A DNA stretch of 56,267 bases, the filler included, from Sphacelaria rigidula (taxonomy: Eukaryota), in NCBI GenBank assembly GCA_964200075.2. It is 6 parts of 6 records of this genome, joined end to end, with 100 filler letters (N's around TTAATTAATTAA, not from the genome) between each part and the next. Parts side by side here need not be neighbours in the genome. Positions count along the whole stretch, not along the records: positions 37,580 to 46,873 come from CAXNAA020008823.1; positions 46,974 to 56,267 come from CAXNAA020008824.1; 4 more parts are not named here. One strand, written 5' to 3'. Under the pieces are notes generated by a model. The model was not told the DNA's origin. It searched no databases and saw only the letters and a list, made by a program, of their open reading frames with translations. This document shows, piece after piece, positions 37,580-49,300 of this stretch; position 1 is the first letter of the stretch; each line of letters starts with the position of its first letter. The position numbers and the translations under genes were made by a program.

Positions 37580-37807
37580 CTGCGCAGGGTACGTAAACCC
37601 TGTAGACCCCTCCACAGGGTGCTATCTGTCCACGTGTGTGGTATTTGGTTTGCCCCGTAAGTGTCTTGGTTTTAGTGTGAAACCCCCAAGTGTATTTGTT
37701 TTGGTGTGGGTTCACTATTATACTGGTTTCAGTATGGTGGATGCGACATGGATCGTTGAGTAGAGGGGGGTTAGGTTTAGGGTTGGGGATAATTCTTGGG
37801 GGGGGGG

Positions 37808-37849
37808 CGTACTCATTTGTTGCTTGCCTTAGTCATTTGACCATTGACC
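37808..37849 (+). repeat. Truncated copy of the 61-bp G-run repeat, bracketed by GATAATTCTTGGGGGGGG direct repeats
   Basis: Direct repeats at ~37787 and 37852. Confidence 0.7.
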
Positions 37850-38094
37850 GCGATAATTCTTGGGGGGGGTTGTATTGTTTTTTTATAGTGCCCACAGTGG
37901 AAAGTGGTCAAAATACGGCCATTTTCGGCCTGACTACTTTTTTGTTAGCCGCTAACCCATGCAGGGTAGTGCGCAAAAAAAAAAGAAGAAATGTGTTTCA
38001 ACCCAAAAAAACGCTCAAGATTTCGAAAAAGTTATCGTCGAAGACTTCCAAGACTGTTAATGGTCTCTCCCAACATAAATTCCCAGACTTATGA

Positions 38095-38366
38095 GACAGA
38101 GGAAGTATCAAAGTCTAAATCCGATTGAATGAACGCCTGCTCGATGTCGAAATGACTACAGTAAGATCCCATCCATACGCGTTTGCCAACGCTACGAGGA
38201 GACGAATTGTTGCAGCATTCGCAGTAGGTGAAAACACCTCCAGGAAATCAATCTCGTACCGTTGACTGAAACCGTTTGCCACAAGCCTAGCCTTTGCCTT
38301 CAAGATTTCGCCGTTGACATCAGTTTTCCACTTGAGAACCCATTTAGCGTTCACTATGTTACTCCC
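38095..38366 (-). pseudogene. Ty1/Copia reverse transcriptase N-terminal part (host of the Gypsy insertion), truncated
   Basis: NAKWVLKWK...KAKARLVANGFSQRYEIDFLEVFSP; continues the frame from 44344 across the insertion (VPEGSNIVNAKW). Confidence 0.9.
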
Positions 38367-38646
38367 TACAGAGCCCTCCTGGACTCAGAACAAGGTCACA
38401 AGATTGCTCCAAGGGCTTCCTCCCTCACTAGGGCCTGGAGACTTCAAGACAGTTGTTATTCATAAACACACAACCTTCGTTATCGGAAGTAACCACATGC
38501 GTGAAGCATGTGATGTTCAAATCCACATAGTCTGCCGATCAGACCCGCAAGTCCGTCAACCAATAGAAAACGCCTACAACAGATTGTTCCACTTGTAGAT
38601 CATCATGAACCTGCACGTACGTGTACTGGAGGTGGACTACTCTACA
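38367..38646 (-). repeat. Gypsy 3' LTR, preceded by a PPT-like GGGGGTGC
   Basis: 5 substitutions relative to 44060-44339. Confidence 0.95.
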
Positions 38647-38947
38647 GCACCCCCAAAACCTCCGCACTACTCGAAGTAGAACGCGAGTTGAACAAAACAG
38701 TAGACACCGACTATCACGTATGCTACCTTTGTCCCCCCGGTAGTGACACACGACCTTGTATTGTCATGTTCCACAAAAACAATAACGTGCACAACTTTGA
38801 GCACCGACACTCAAAGACAATGTCTCAAGCGAACTCAGGGAAGTCAACCATTCTTCAACGGTAATTTCCACGTAAGCATTCTCATACAAAGCAAAGGTGT
38901 CAAGTAAAGTACCATCTCAACCAGTAGCATTCGATATCATCATATTT

Positions 38948-39199
38948 TCAAAGCTTCATACCATGCTTTGCCTGCAAACGTGCTCGCACCTTTTTACTTA
39001 GTCCCAACTCACGCAGCTCAGATTTTACAAATTGCGGGGGTCCGTCCAAAATATTTTCCAGAGGCTCCCACGAGTTTTCATCTTTGCCAAATCCGACCCA
39101 CTCCACTTGTACATAAAATCCATCTCCTGCTTCGTCCTCAGATATACCGAAAATAGCCGCCATCTCGAACTCGCCTTGTGCAAAAGCATACTGGAACAC
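38948..39199 (-). pseudogene. Gypsy integrase C-terminal chromodomain
   Basis: FYVQVEWVGFGKDENSWEPLENI chromodomain consensus. Confidence 0.85.
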
Positions 39200-39292
39200 C
39201 TCCTTAACATCAGCCGTAATCTTCAGCTCCTTGTCCGCATAAAATCAAAGGCGGGCGACATGAACATCTTGTACTTCGCCATTCACAATGTT

Positions 39293-40579
39293 CTATGCCC
39301 CGCACACATGTTGTTGTTCCGCCATCACAATCCGCCAAGGCCCCGTCCACGTACTCACAAGCTTCGACGTAGTTCCCGAACACCTCACCCTCGCCGCCAG
39401 CACGTGATCGCCCACCACAAAGTTAGTAAGCTTTCCTTTACTAGCCACACGTCTCTGTAGATCGCGATTCTTGTCGACACGCTGCTCCACTTTCTTGTGC
39501 AACTCTTGCTGAGCCTCAACGATTGACGTCACCTGTCGCCTCAAAGCGTCTTCGTCAAGCACATCGACGCTCCATTCGCCCCCAGTTAAAGATGCCAGAG
39601 TAGAGAAACTGGTGCGCGGTGCCCGGCCAAACATAACATGGTATGGCGTGCTAGCATAACGCTCTCGGAAAGCAGTGTTTAATGCCCACTGCACTGCAGG
39701 TACCAAACTCACCCACTCACGAACATCACGCCTTTCCTCTTGCAACATTGCCTTCAAGGTACGAACAATCTCACGCATTATTCGCTCACAAGTGCCATTA
39801 GACCATGGCGAGTTAGCAACCGCGAATCGGCGATCCATCTTCAGCGCCTTCTCAAGCGCTCTCATTACACGATTCTTGAAATGCGATGCCGTATCGCTGA
39901 CCAATACCTCTGGCGACCCCAGCGTTTTGCACCATGTCAACAGATGCTTCACCATCGTGGCCGCCGTACAAGACTCCGCGGGCTCCAACCACACGAAGTT
40001 GGACAAATCGTTCATCATGATTAATATATACTTGAACCCGTCTCCTTCGTTCAAGCCACTAGTTTCCAGGGGGGCACTCTCGCCAACGTAGAGAAAATCA
40101 AAATCCAGCACCTCCCCTGGGCGTGTACCATGCACCGTCTCCCCGAAGGGACGCGGGACCTTCTCCCCTGCCTTGGAATCTAAACAGTGCAGGCACTGCT
40201 TCACAAACTCAGTCACATGGGTCTCCATCCGGAACCAGCAACGATACTCTTGTAAGCACTGTAAACCTGCCACAATCCCTCGGAGACCAGCCCCTTTCAT
40301 GTGAGCGCATACCACCAAGCGTGTTTGTAGTTCTCTCGCTGCTAGTGGGATCCACAATACATCCCTTCCTGCAACATGCACGCGAAACAAACCCTCACCG
40401 TCTTTGAAGACACGACCAACAGCGGCAGTAAACGTCTCGGCCCCATCAACCATACCTCCTAACCCCTCACAGGCTTGCTCTTGGGCTTCACGAACGGCCT
40501 CTTTCGACGGTAGCGTCTCATCAGGCTCTCCACTTGCAAAAACAGCGATGACTCTCACGGATACCGCCGGAACGTTCAC
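39293..40579 (-). pseudogene. Gypsy integrase (zinc-binding region plus DDE core)
   Basis: CAH...VKQCLHC; LDFDFL, VSDTASHF, SNGTCER. Confidence 0.92.
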
Positions 40580-41922
40580 CCACCGGGACAGTAGATCTCA
40601 CTAGCAGTTACGCTCACCAGAAATATACCTGATTGAATAATCATACTACCCGAGTACAGCCTTCCTTGTTCAGAGCGCTGGGCGGCAGTTTTCGCCAGTG
40701 TGGTCACGCATGCTTCGGGATCAAAAATATAAGCGAGATTGCGATGGTCCGTAAATATGGTCACTCCTCCCCACAAAAGGTACTCCAACCGACGAAACAT
40801 ACTCACGATGGCATATCCTTCCTTATCCAACGTGGCCCACCGCAACTGCGCTCCTCGAAACGTCCCACTAAGAAACCCTAGGGGCTCATGACTCATGTCC
40901 TCCACCACTGTATCGCGGTTCAATTCAGCTCCCGGTACCTGGGTCACGAAACTACCCCAATGAAGATCCGACGCGTCTGGAAACATCATCACCTCATAGC
41001 CCTCCTTGCGATATGACAGAGCAACAGCATTTGCCACCAAATCTTGCGCCGCTGTCCAAGCTTGCGCACGCTCAAACGTCCACGCCGCCTCCTTGATGGT
41101 CCTGTTTGAAGCAACCCGCTTTGTACAACGCACGTTGCCCACCATATGCTCCTCGAGCAAAAGACGAAGTGGCTCCACCACTTCAGCAAGGCGCGAAAGA
41201 GACGTCCGCAGCCAATTCACCGCTTGCAAAAATTGTATCAACTCGCCCGCGTTTCGAGGACGCCTCATATTCGCCAAACCGCTCAGCCGCTCCCTGTCGT
41301 GAGCCACCTGCCCACCCGAAAGACCTTTTCCGCACCACGTAATTTGCGTATCATAAAACATACACTTGTGTGCAGCCGCAAAAAGACCAGCATCCTCGAG
41401 ACGGCTTAAAATCGCATCTAGCGTGCACAGCAAGTCATCTTCATTTGCCCCCCACCACGAGATGTCATCTACCCACACCTTACATGGAAGTCCAGTCAAT
41501 AGCTTCGTCATAGTGCCCTGAAAATACCCCGTAGCGTTGAATACTCCTTGAGGCACGCGCGTAGGCGTGAATAAGCCGTCAGGGGTTGCAATAGTGAAGA
41601 TTTCTTAGGCATCTGCCGCCAACGGCATCTGCCAGTATCCCTGCAGCATGTCTAGCTTTCCAAAACAAGCAGCCCCTAACAAATCCGCCATCTCCGCTTC
41701 TTGGTTTGTCATCACAGTCGGCACTTTCTCAATCTGCTTATTAACGGCACGGTAATCACTCACCAGTCTGAAACCACCCTTTTTAGGCGTTGCAACAGCC
41801 GCGCTCCCCCATACTGCCTGCAAACTGCGATGCACGAGCCCGAGCGCCACCAACGTCGCCATGCAACCATGCCATCTTAACTGGAGAGTATGCTCGCGGC
41901 CTAGCCTTAACCGCCTTAGCAC
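40576..41922 (-). pseudogene. Gypsy reverse transcriptase and RNase H, with an internal stop at 41605-41607
   Basis: FRLVSDYRAVN, KLDMLQGYWQ, PQG..NA, WVDD, FPDASD, TDHRNL. Confidence 0.92.
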
Positions 41923-43015
41923 CAGGTTTGAATGTCACCCTGAGAGGCTCGACACGAGCGGGCGGATCACCACGTAGCGCTCGCCGAAAAGCATTCGCAC
42001 GGCGGTTTACAAGCTCGCGAAGCTTGCCCACGCCGCTGTCGGGCATACCTTTATTGGCAGCTGCTAGTACCGCCTCCTCCAGCGCGACCTTACGCTCAGC
42101 CAGCTCTTGTTCGGGGGTCATACTCATCTCCGGCCCGCGCGATACCAACCGCTCGACTGAAGGATCCATGGGCTCCTCCCGATCACCTTGGTGCTGCAGA
42201 GCCTCAACCGCGATGTTGATACGTCGACAATCCTTGAATTCAGGCGTGTCTACAGCACGCACCGAAGTGTTTCTCGCCCGCGCACAGGCACCCAAACTAC
42301 TGTACACGTCGATGCCAAGCTCCTCTAGCATAGGGCTCCCCATGATAATGACATCATCGGTACCCTGCATGACCGCATAGGAGCATGGGTCCAATACAAC
42401 CGGACCCCAGATGGTGTGCAAAGCGGTGCGGACAGGGCAAGTTTTCTGCTTCACGCGCTCAACATTGCCATTTGCCAATTTCACCAACTATTCACCAGCC
42501 ATCGGTCTCACCACTTGGACATCTGGAACCATGGCTTGCAATTTCGCCGCCACACCAGCTGACATGGTCGTAAGTCCAGATCCCGAATCTAAAATAGCCG
42601 TGACCGGACAAACACCCTTTGCCCCTGCACTCGGGACAGACAAGTCGGCAAGACACCACTTTTCCTTGTGATCTACGTCCAGACCCTCAGATTGAAAACC
42701 TGACACCTCACTCACTTTGAGCGATCTCCATGCTGGCACCGCCGCAGAGTTCGAACCCGGGAACGAGTGCGATGAGATGGTCTGCTGCACACCACCAGTA
42801 GAAGCGACCGGTTCTGGTGGCAACGTCGCCCGCCCGCTGGGAGCACTTTGTCCATCGGCTGACAAGACAGCCCTTGTAGGGGCGGGACTCGTGCCCCCTC
42901 CGCGAGGCACCTGTTCAGGGCCCTGCGACAGCTGCTGTTGTTGCTGCTGCTGCTTGTCGCCAGCCTTCGTCTGCTTACCGTCAATGTAGCAGCAGCCTGG
43001 CCTTGCTGCTTGCAA
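41783..43015 (-). pseudogene. Gypsy aspartic protease and linker, with an internal stop near 42488
   Basis: AILDSGSG active site; DVIIMG. Confidence 0.85.
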
Positions 43016-43899
43016 TCCTTCCGGAAATGGCCCTTGTCTTCACATATGAAACATTCTCCAAAGTTTTGGCCTGGTTTGCGGGTTTTCCCGGAAGTGGCAG
43101 TCCCATTTCCACTGCTCGCCGTTTTCCCACCATTTGGTTGGCGCTTGCTTCCGGAAGTCCCGTTGCCACTCCTTTGTTTCAGCTGCGGCTGCTGACGGCG
43201 CTGCTTATCCGCCGCTTCCACCGTTTTCCATGCCTCCGCTGCTTCCCGAGCCGTGTTAAACACAAGCCCAGGGTCCTCCTTCCACCCCCCCTTCATGTTC
43301 AACATGTTGAGGACTTTAGTTTTGAATTCGGGGGGGGTTAGTCCGTTCAACATTTCCCGAGTTATGATTTGAGCGGGTCCAGGTTTGAAATCTGCCTCAT
43401 CGCGGAACGCACGCTCAGCGCTAGTATTCTCCGTAAAACAATCCTCCAGGGCACCCCACTGCCCTTCTACTCTTCCAATTGCAGTTTGCTCGTTGCGGGC
43501 CGCCAACGCTTTCCGCACACCAGCAGCAGCAACTGAAGGATCAATCTCTTCATCCTCCAAATATTTCGCGTGTCGGCCTAGTGCCTCCTTGAGATCATCT
43601 TCGTCAAGCACGGATCCGTCAAAAATCGTGCGTGGCAAACACGCACGGATGTGCTTCGGCACCAGTTCAGTAACAGCCAGTAAAACGGCCTGCATACTAC
43701 GTTCTTTGTTGTTCATGTTGACCGCCTCTTCATACTCGACGTATTTCTGATAACGTCGGGACGCATTTTCGCTAAAATACCGTCCGTACTCTGGGGCTTT
43801 CAGCGGTCCTGTAGGCATAAGCTCAGTAAACTTAAACTTCACCTCTTCGCCTGCATCGCCATCACCCACTTTCTTGCGCGTTGCCATAGCTGCACGCAA
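42712..43899 (-). CDS. Gypsy Gag with CCHC zinc knuckle
   Basis: CFICEDKGHFRKDC; first ORF after the 5' LTR. Confidence 0.85.
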   Translation of the reverse strand: MRAAMATRKKVGDGDAGEEVKFKFTELMPTGPLKAPEYGRYFSENASRRYQKYVEYEEAVNMNNKERSMQAVLLAVTELVPKHIRACLPRTIFDGSVLDEDDLKEALGRHAKYLEDEEIDPSVAAAGVRKALAARNEQTAIGRVEGQWGALEDCFTENTSAERAFRDEADFKPGPAQIITREMLNGLTPPEFKTKVLNMLNMKGGWKEDPGLVFNTAREAAEAWKTVEAADKQRRQQPQLKQRSGNGTSGSKRQPNGGKTASSGNGTATSGKTRKPGQNFGECFICEDKGHFRKDCKQQGQAAATLTVSRRRLATSSSSNNSSCRRALNRCLAEGARVPPLQGLSCQPMDKVLPAGGRRCHQNRSLLLVVCSRPSHRTRSRVRTLRRCQHGDRSK

Positions 43900-44059
43900 C
43901 AGTTCCAGCCAACGTAGCCGTCTCTCCGTTGCCAGCGAGCTCCCTCACGTTACAGAGTGCACACTACTGTGTTCAAATTTTGATATAATTTCTCCGCAGC
44001 TGTCCACAGTTGAAAAAACTCTTCCAGAAACCAGCGGGTTCCTCTCAATAAACGTTTAT

Positions 44060-44339
44060 TATAGAGCCCTCCTGGACTCAGAACAAGGTCACAAGATTGC
44101 TCCAAGGGCTTCCTCCCTCACTAGGGCCTGGAGACTTCAAGACAGTTGTTATTCATAAACACACAGCCTTCATTATCGGAAGTAACCACATGCGTGAAGC
44201 ATGTGATGTTCAAATCCACATAGTCTGCCGATCAGACCCGCAAGTCCGTCAACCAATAGAAAACGCCTACAGCAGATTGTTCCATTTGTAGATCATCATG
44301 AACCTGCACGTACGTGTACTGGAGGTGGACTACTCTACA
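44060..44339 (-). repeat. Gypsy 5' LTR
   Basis: Direct repeat of 38367-38646. Confidence 0.95.
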
Positions 44340-46065
44340 TCCCTTCCGGAACCGATCCTACCAAGGTAAAAGTCCCTGCAGCAAGCAACCCCTCGAACTC
44401 TAAATTCATAGCCCCCTCCCAAAGGTCAGCATATGCAGAGGCGCGGGCTTCGGCAATGATTGTGGGCTCTGGCTCTTTGGCATGTTCGGCAGGTATCTCG
44501 TTCGGCTTCTTCTTCAATGTTCTCTCCTCAGTAATCAGCGCACGCAATTTTTTGGTCCCCATTGATGGACCCCAGCGAAGTCAGCAAACCGATCGCTTGT
44601 TGCTGGTTCAGCGCCCGAGTTTGTGCTCGCGTCCTGCCCTCCATGCGCTCTTCATCGTCATGTGGACCCACGTTGTACGCCTCGAGCTGTCTCAGCGCGT
44701 TGTGTGTTTGCGCTGGCACATCATCTCCGTCAGGGATGGCGTAGCTGCTGTTGCTGGAGGACGATGCTGGTGCTGATGATGTGCTGCTGCGAGATGATGG
44801 TGACGCAGACGCTGATCGGCCGTCGAGAGATGGCGAGGGCGATGCTGATGACTCGCCGCTGGATGATAATGCTGATGGTGATAGAGCGTCCAGCGGTAGT
44901 GGAGTTTCCTCTGCCTCTGCTGGTTGTTGTCTGTCTTCCACCCCCTGGACCGGTAGCCGCACGTGGGGAACTCCTCTTCCTGTCAGCGGCCACACTTCCG
45001 CCAACTCGTCGTCGCAGGGTTCATCCCCCCCTCCCGATTCCGCTGTCGTCAGTGATTGCGGGGGCGGGAAAGACTGCGGCGATGCTTCCCACGTGATGTC
45101 TTTGGTCTCGACAACTTGCCCTCCCCACGTTAGCACACGGTAAGAGTCGCGAGGATGCTCGCGCGAAGGCCTGAGATAAAGCAACTCTCCGCCTTAGGCA
45201 GCAGCTTGGATGGCCGCTTCCATCGGCAGTAGGCTGGCTTGAGAAAGGGATGTGGACTGGCCGGCATAGCTGTCCCAAACCACATTTTGTTGGGTGATTT
45301 GTTGTCTGGGTTGGAGGTTGAAGCAGTGTAGTTGAGCTGTTCACACGCCCAATGCTTTGCCTCGGCTCAAAGCTTTTCGGTATTCGGCAGCTGAACATGA
45401 CCGAACAATACCTTCGCCTGAATCCGTGCCGTCATTGCCGTTGCTTCAATGATTCCTAAAGCGCACTCTGCAACGCCATTAAACTGGGGACTTTTGGCGG
45501 GGGTAAATTCCTGCATAATCAATAGATGATCACATACTGTTCTGACATTATATCCGAAAACCTCTCCTCTGTTGTCAGATCTTACTATCTGTACTATTGA
45601 AGGAAATCCGTCCGCTCGTACATCTGCCAGGAAACGGTTGAAAGCCTGATCAGAATCAGCCTTACGTTTCAAGACATACAGCCAGGATTTTCTGATGTAA
45701 TCGTCCTTGATGATCATCGGGTAGTGTTTCCCTCCTACAGATGAAATTTCTTTTCTGCCTCCTAGGTCTACGAAAACTCTACCGAGCTTGGTTTAAGCTC
45801 TATTTTTAGTCTGATGAGGAATACCTTTTCTGTATCCGTTTGCCGTCGAGCACCCAGTACATGCATGCATTTCTCCTTCAAGTGCAGTATCTAAATGTCT
45901 AGCAGTATGCCTCAACAGCTGCTCATGAGCATGACCATAGATACAGTGAAACAGGTTAATATCCATCCTTTTTACAGGGGGAGAGTTTGAGGGTATAATT
46001 GCTCGTGATGCGTAAGCACCGAATTGCTCCCCTTCTCAATATGCTGTGGCCACCAACATACCGTC
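44340..46065 (-). pseudogene. Ty1/Copia pol relic: GAG-pre-integrase, integrase and IN-RT linker
   Basis: DINLFHCIYGHAH...CTGC; IKDDYIRKSW; VRSDNRGE; PQFNGVAE; several stops and frameshifts; homologous to the Copia at 51953-53641. Confidence 0.9.
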
Positions 46066-46322
46066 TGTAGACTTCTGTCACTCAAGATCAGATTGCCATG
46101 TGGACTACTCCCATCACGGGCACATGGACTTCAGTAGCTTTAGTTATTCATATATCAACCCTCAGCATAGTACAGGAGAACTGGACTATAGCCTCTCTAC
46201 AACAGAGTTGCAAAAACTGCTTTACTCGTCATGGAGGTCACCATCACATAGTCCAGCAACCAGACCCGCAACTCCACCTACAATGTTCCTGACCTTGGGT
46301 AACAATGGTGGTAGAGTCTACA
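46066..46322 (-). mobile_element. 3' LTR (257 bp) of a second, related Gypsy element inserted in the same Copia; the body runs off the contig
   Basis: TGTAGACT...AGTCTACA inverted termini; followed by GCACCCCCAAA as at 38647; shares CACATAGTC......CAGACCCGCAA with the other LTRs. Confidence 0.8.
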
Positions 46323-46873
46323 GCACCCCCAAAGCTCTCTACTACCAACAAGTAGTTACATCAGAGCTTGACAAACTCAGACATCATTGGTGCCTAATAG
46401 TACCGTCGTCTTCCGCAAAGAATAGTAATATCTTCCGCTGCTTTCGACAACAGCTCCATACAAGCTTGCCCTACTTCCGAACGACTCGCAAGAGATTCCA
46501 AGAAAATACCGTCCATCATGAACATGCGATCACACTACTTGCACCACTTCGAGTTACAAAGCGATAGCTAGCGCCAAATTCTCAAATCTTCGCCCAGAAC
46601 AAGTCTCTTGACTCTTCATCGGCACGAGACCGGAAATATCAGCAAACGTCCAATTCCAGAGCATTCGTGACTCATCGTCCCTCTCATCCGAGACAAGGTA
46701 CTTCTCAACATACAAAATGCACTCTTTGTACGTTCAACACCCGCGTAACGGAGTGCAACAGCGAAATGATACATCATCCTCACGATTGAAGGAAATAAGC
46801 ACCCAACACGTCTAAAACGCACCTGGCCTCTTGCTTTTGCAACACCGTCAAAAACGTATGCATCGCATGCGTC

Positions 46874-46973
46874 NNNNNNNNNNNNNNNNNNNNNNNNNNN
46901 NNNNNNNNNNNNNNNNNTTAATTAATTAANNNNNNNNNNNNNNNNNNNNNNNNNNNNNNNNNNNNNNNNNNNN
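46874..46973. other. Artificial contig linker
   Basis: Same cassette. Confidence 0.97.
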
Positions 46974-47386
46974 CCCCGTCACGTCCACACCGAGGTGGGC
47001 GACTCCCCTTGCCAGCGCTCTTTCGACTGCCATCACGATCTCTAGTGTTGTCACTTCTCACCGTACCTTTTGAGTTACTCGTCTCCCCCACTCATTTTCA
47101 GAGTGTGTTCACTAGGGTCCCTAGCAGTCGACTCCAAACAGAGCCACCAGGCTATACCCCACCCTTTTTGCTTTTTGGGCCATATTTTTACTGGGGTTTT
47201 TTCTCCTTGGGGTCAATTTTTTACCAGAGGTTTTCTCTCCGCTTTTTTTCTGCAAAGAAAGTGCGTACGACGGGAATCGAACCAGCGACTACCTTTTGTG
47301 ACGGTTCAAGCGACAGCCAACTAGACTACTGACAAGTCAGCGCTGACTTGGTCAGTAGTCTAGTTGGTTGTCTCTTAAACCGTCAC
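46974..47386. mobile_element. Split-tRNA element with internal complementary region, copy 1 (left ~30 bp lost at contig start)
   Basis: Colinear with 50706-51142; terminal hairpin centred on AGC|GCT at 47341/47342; ends in CCGTCAC. Confidence 0.8.
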
Positions 47387-48813
47387 AGGTCACTTTGACG
47401 GTGTTTAGCCAAGAGAGCACAATGCTCCCAGGTGAAATAAACAAAAAAATATATATGTATCTTCAACACCGGCTTGTTACTAACCCGAGACTTAACCCTA
47501 CTCAGGTGTCCGTGGACCCGAAGGCATCCCAGAACCCGGGCAGGAATAACTCAGGCGCCCGTGGATCGATCAGTGTCCCAGTGCCCAGTCATGCATACCA
47601 GCAGATGAAACCAGCACCCAAGTGAAAATACATCTGATGGAAACATGTCACATATGACAGCTACAGGACAGGAAAAAAAATATATATAGACGGTTTGGAA
47701 TACAGTACATGCACTGTTACTGACCAAAAGTGGCAAAAATATACTGGGGGTGTTTACTCAACACCACAGTATAGAGAAGGGCTACCTTTGCGATTAGTGG
47801 TGGCGTGACATAATCAATGATGTCACTCAAAGAAACCTCCATGATTATACCACCAGCGAAGCTGATGATCGCCTCGTCCCACCAGACATAGCCTCGATGG
47901 TCTTGAGGCGCATAAAGGGGGGGGGGATATGTGGAGGATATATTTTTGCAGTGACATATCAGAGACTGATGCCACACATGTATGCAGACCCAGCGCAAGC
48001 AGGGACAAGGTAAAAACGTTCCGCAAGGACGAGATCACCGACGACCTGTAATGCCGACGTGACTAGACAACTCGGGGTGATGCCAGGAAGAGCCTAATAT
48101 AGGACGGCCCAACATCCCCCAAGGCCCCGGTCGCCCCTGGCGACCACATCTCGTCTGACCCCGCTTCTTGCCTGCATATACAAGAGGAAGTCATCGCCAG
48201 CCTCGGAGTTCCTTCGGCATCAGGACGGCAGTCTCTTCCGTAGGTCTCTGACTACTCTAGCGAAACGCCTCCCCCACACGTCATGTTGAAACATATGACC
48301 CTACCGCACATCTCTTTGGCGTATATCATATTTCGCATATATTTCTTGGCGATTTACTTGTGTTGTGTTTCTAGTCTTGTACCATCTGCTCCTTTCATGA
48401 ACGTGGAATATATTTTTGTTATTATGAATATCAAATGTGACGCAACGCAAATCCAAGCCAGAGCGTCACATTTGTGCATGTGTTCATCGCTGCTACTTCA
48501 TTTTCTACTACACGCTTCTTTTAATTTCCTTCAAACTTCGTACTCTACGCAAAGTCCGACGCCTGTCCCTCTCGATCCGACTACGGTATTCATATACTAT
48601 TTACCCCGATCGTAAATACACGATGTGAACCAAACATACCCACGCATGAGCATAAGACACGCCCGTACGCCTAAGCACCCCCAGGATGGGTGGGTGGTCT
48701 TGGATCATGGGATTGGAAGAATAAAATGCGCAAAAGGAGACAGGGTCCAGGGTCCTACACGTCACACTTTTAGATTTGAATTTGTAGGTCGAAAGTTAAA
48801 CTATTAAAATAGG

Positions 48814-48910
48814 CTAGTAATACGGTGGGGGACCACGAGGGCAGCCCCGATTTGACTTGACTTTTAAACCGAGTTCCCAACGTGGTCCCCATCCCCCACC
48901 GTAGTACTAG
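48814..48910. repeat. Short inverted-repeat (MITE-like) element
   Basis: CTAGTAATACGGTGGGGGACCACG ... CGTGGTCCCC..CCCCCACCGTAGTACTAG. Confidence 0.7.
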
Positions 48911-49027
48911 ACTGGCTGAACTTTTGACGTGAAACGTGAAACATGAATGTGTAACGTGGTTTTTTGCCCGGGGAAATCGCAAGTTTGCGCTGTCCTATTG
49001 GAAATGTTCGCCAGGCAATCCCAATTA

Positions 49028-49300
49028 CAGTAGTGCACACGTCGGACAGCTCATGAGCTACCGAAAATAACAAATCGAAGGGGACTCTTAGATTGCTCAT
49101 CCAAAAACACAAATTACGTGACAGCACGGCCCGAGAAGCCAAAGCGCTACCTCTGCGCTTCTCCGCGTGCTCGGTGTCCAGCGCTGTGGGGAGAAAATGT
49201 GGAAAAAGCGATCACATGAGTTAGCTCGTGATCCGGATCAGTACACTAATAAGAAGTAATATTTAGGTAGCTCATGAGCTGTCCGACGTGTGCAGTAGTG
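49028..49300. mobile_element. CACTA-like non-autonomous element with ~35-bp TIRs
   Basis: Right end reads CACTACTGCACACGTCGGACAGCTCATGAGCTACC on the minus strand; left end CAGTAGTGCACACGTCGGACAGCTCATGAGCTACC; no clear TSD. Confidence 0.7.

Larger units (their letters stand above)
38367..44339 (-). mobile_element. Full-length Ty3/Gypsy LTR retrotransposon with chromodomain, disrupted ORFs, 4-bp TSD TCCC
   Basis: Two 280-bp LTRs; gag-PR-RT-RH-IN-chromo order; TCCC at 38363-38366 and 44340-44343. Confidence 0.95.

Noticed and set aside
37764-37790. Telomeric TTAGGG-like motif
   Set aside because: Only two or three degenerate units; not an array.
47590-47640. Hammerhead ribozyme-like CAGATGA...GAAA
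   Set aside because: Core is CAGATGA rather than CTGATGA and stems I-III cannot be formed.
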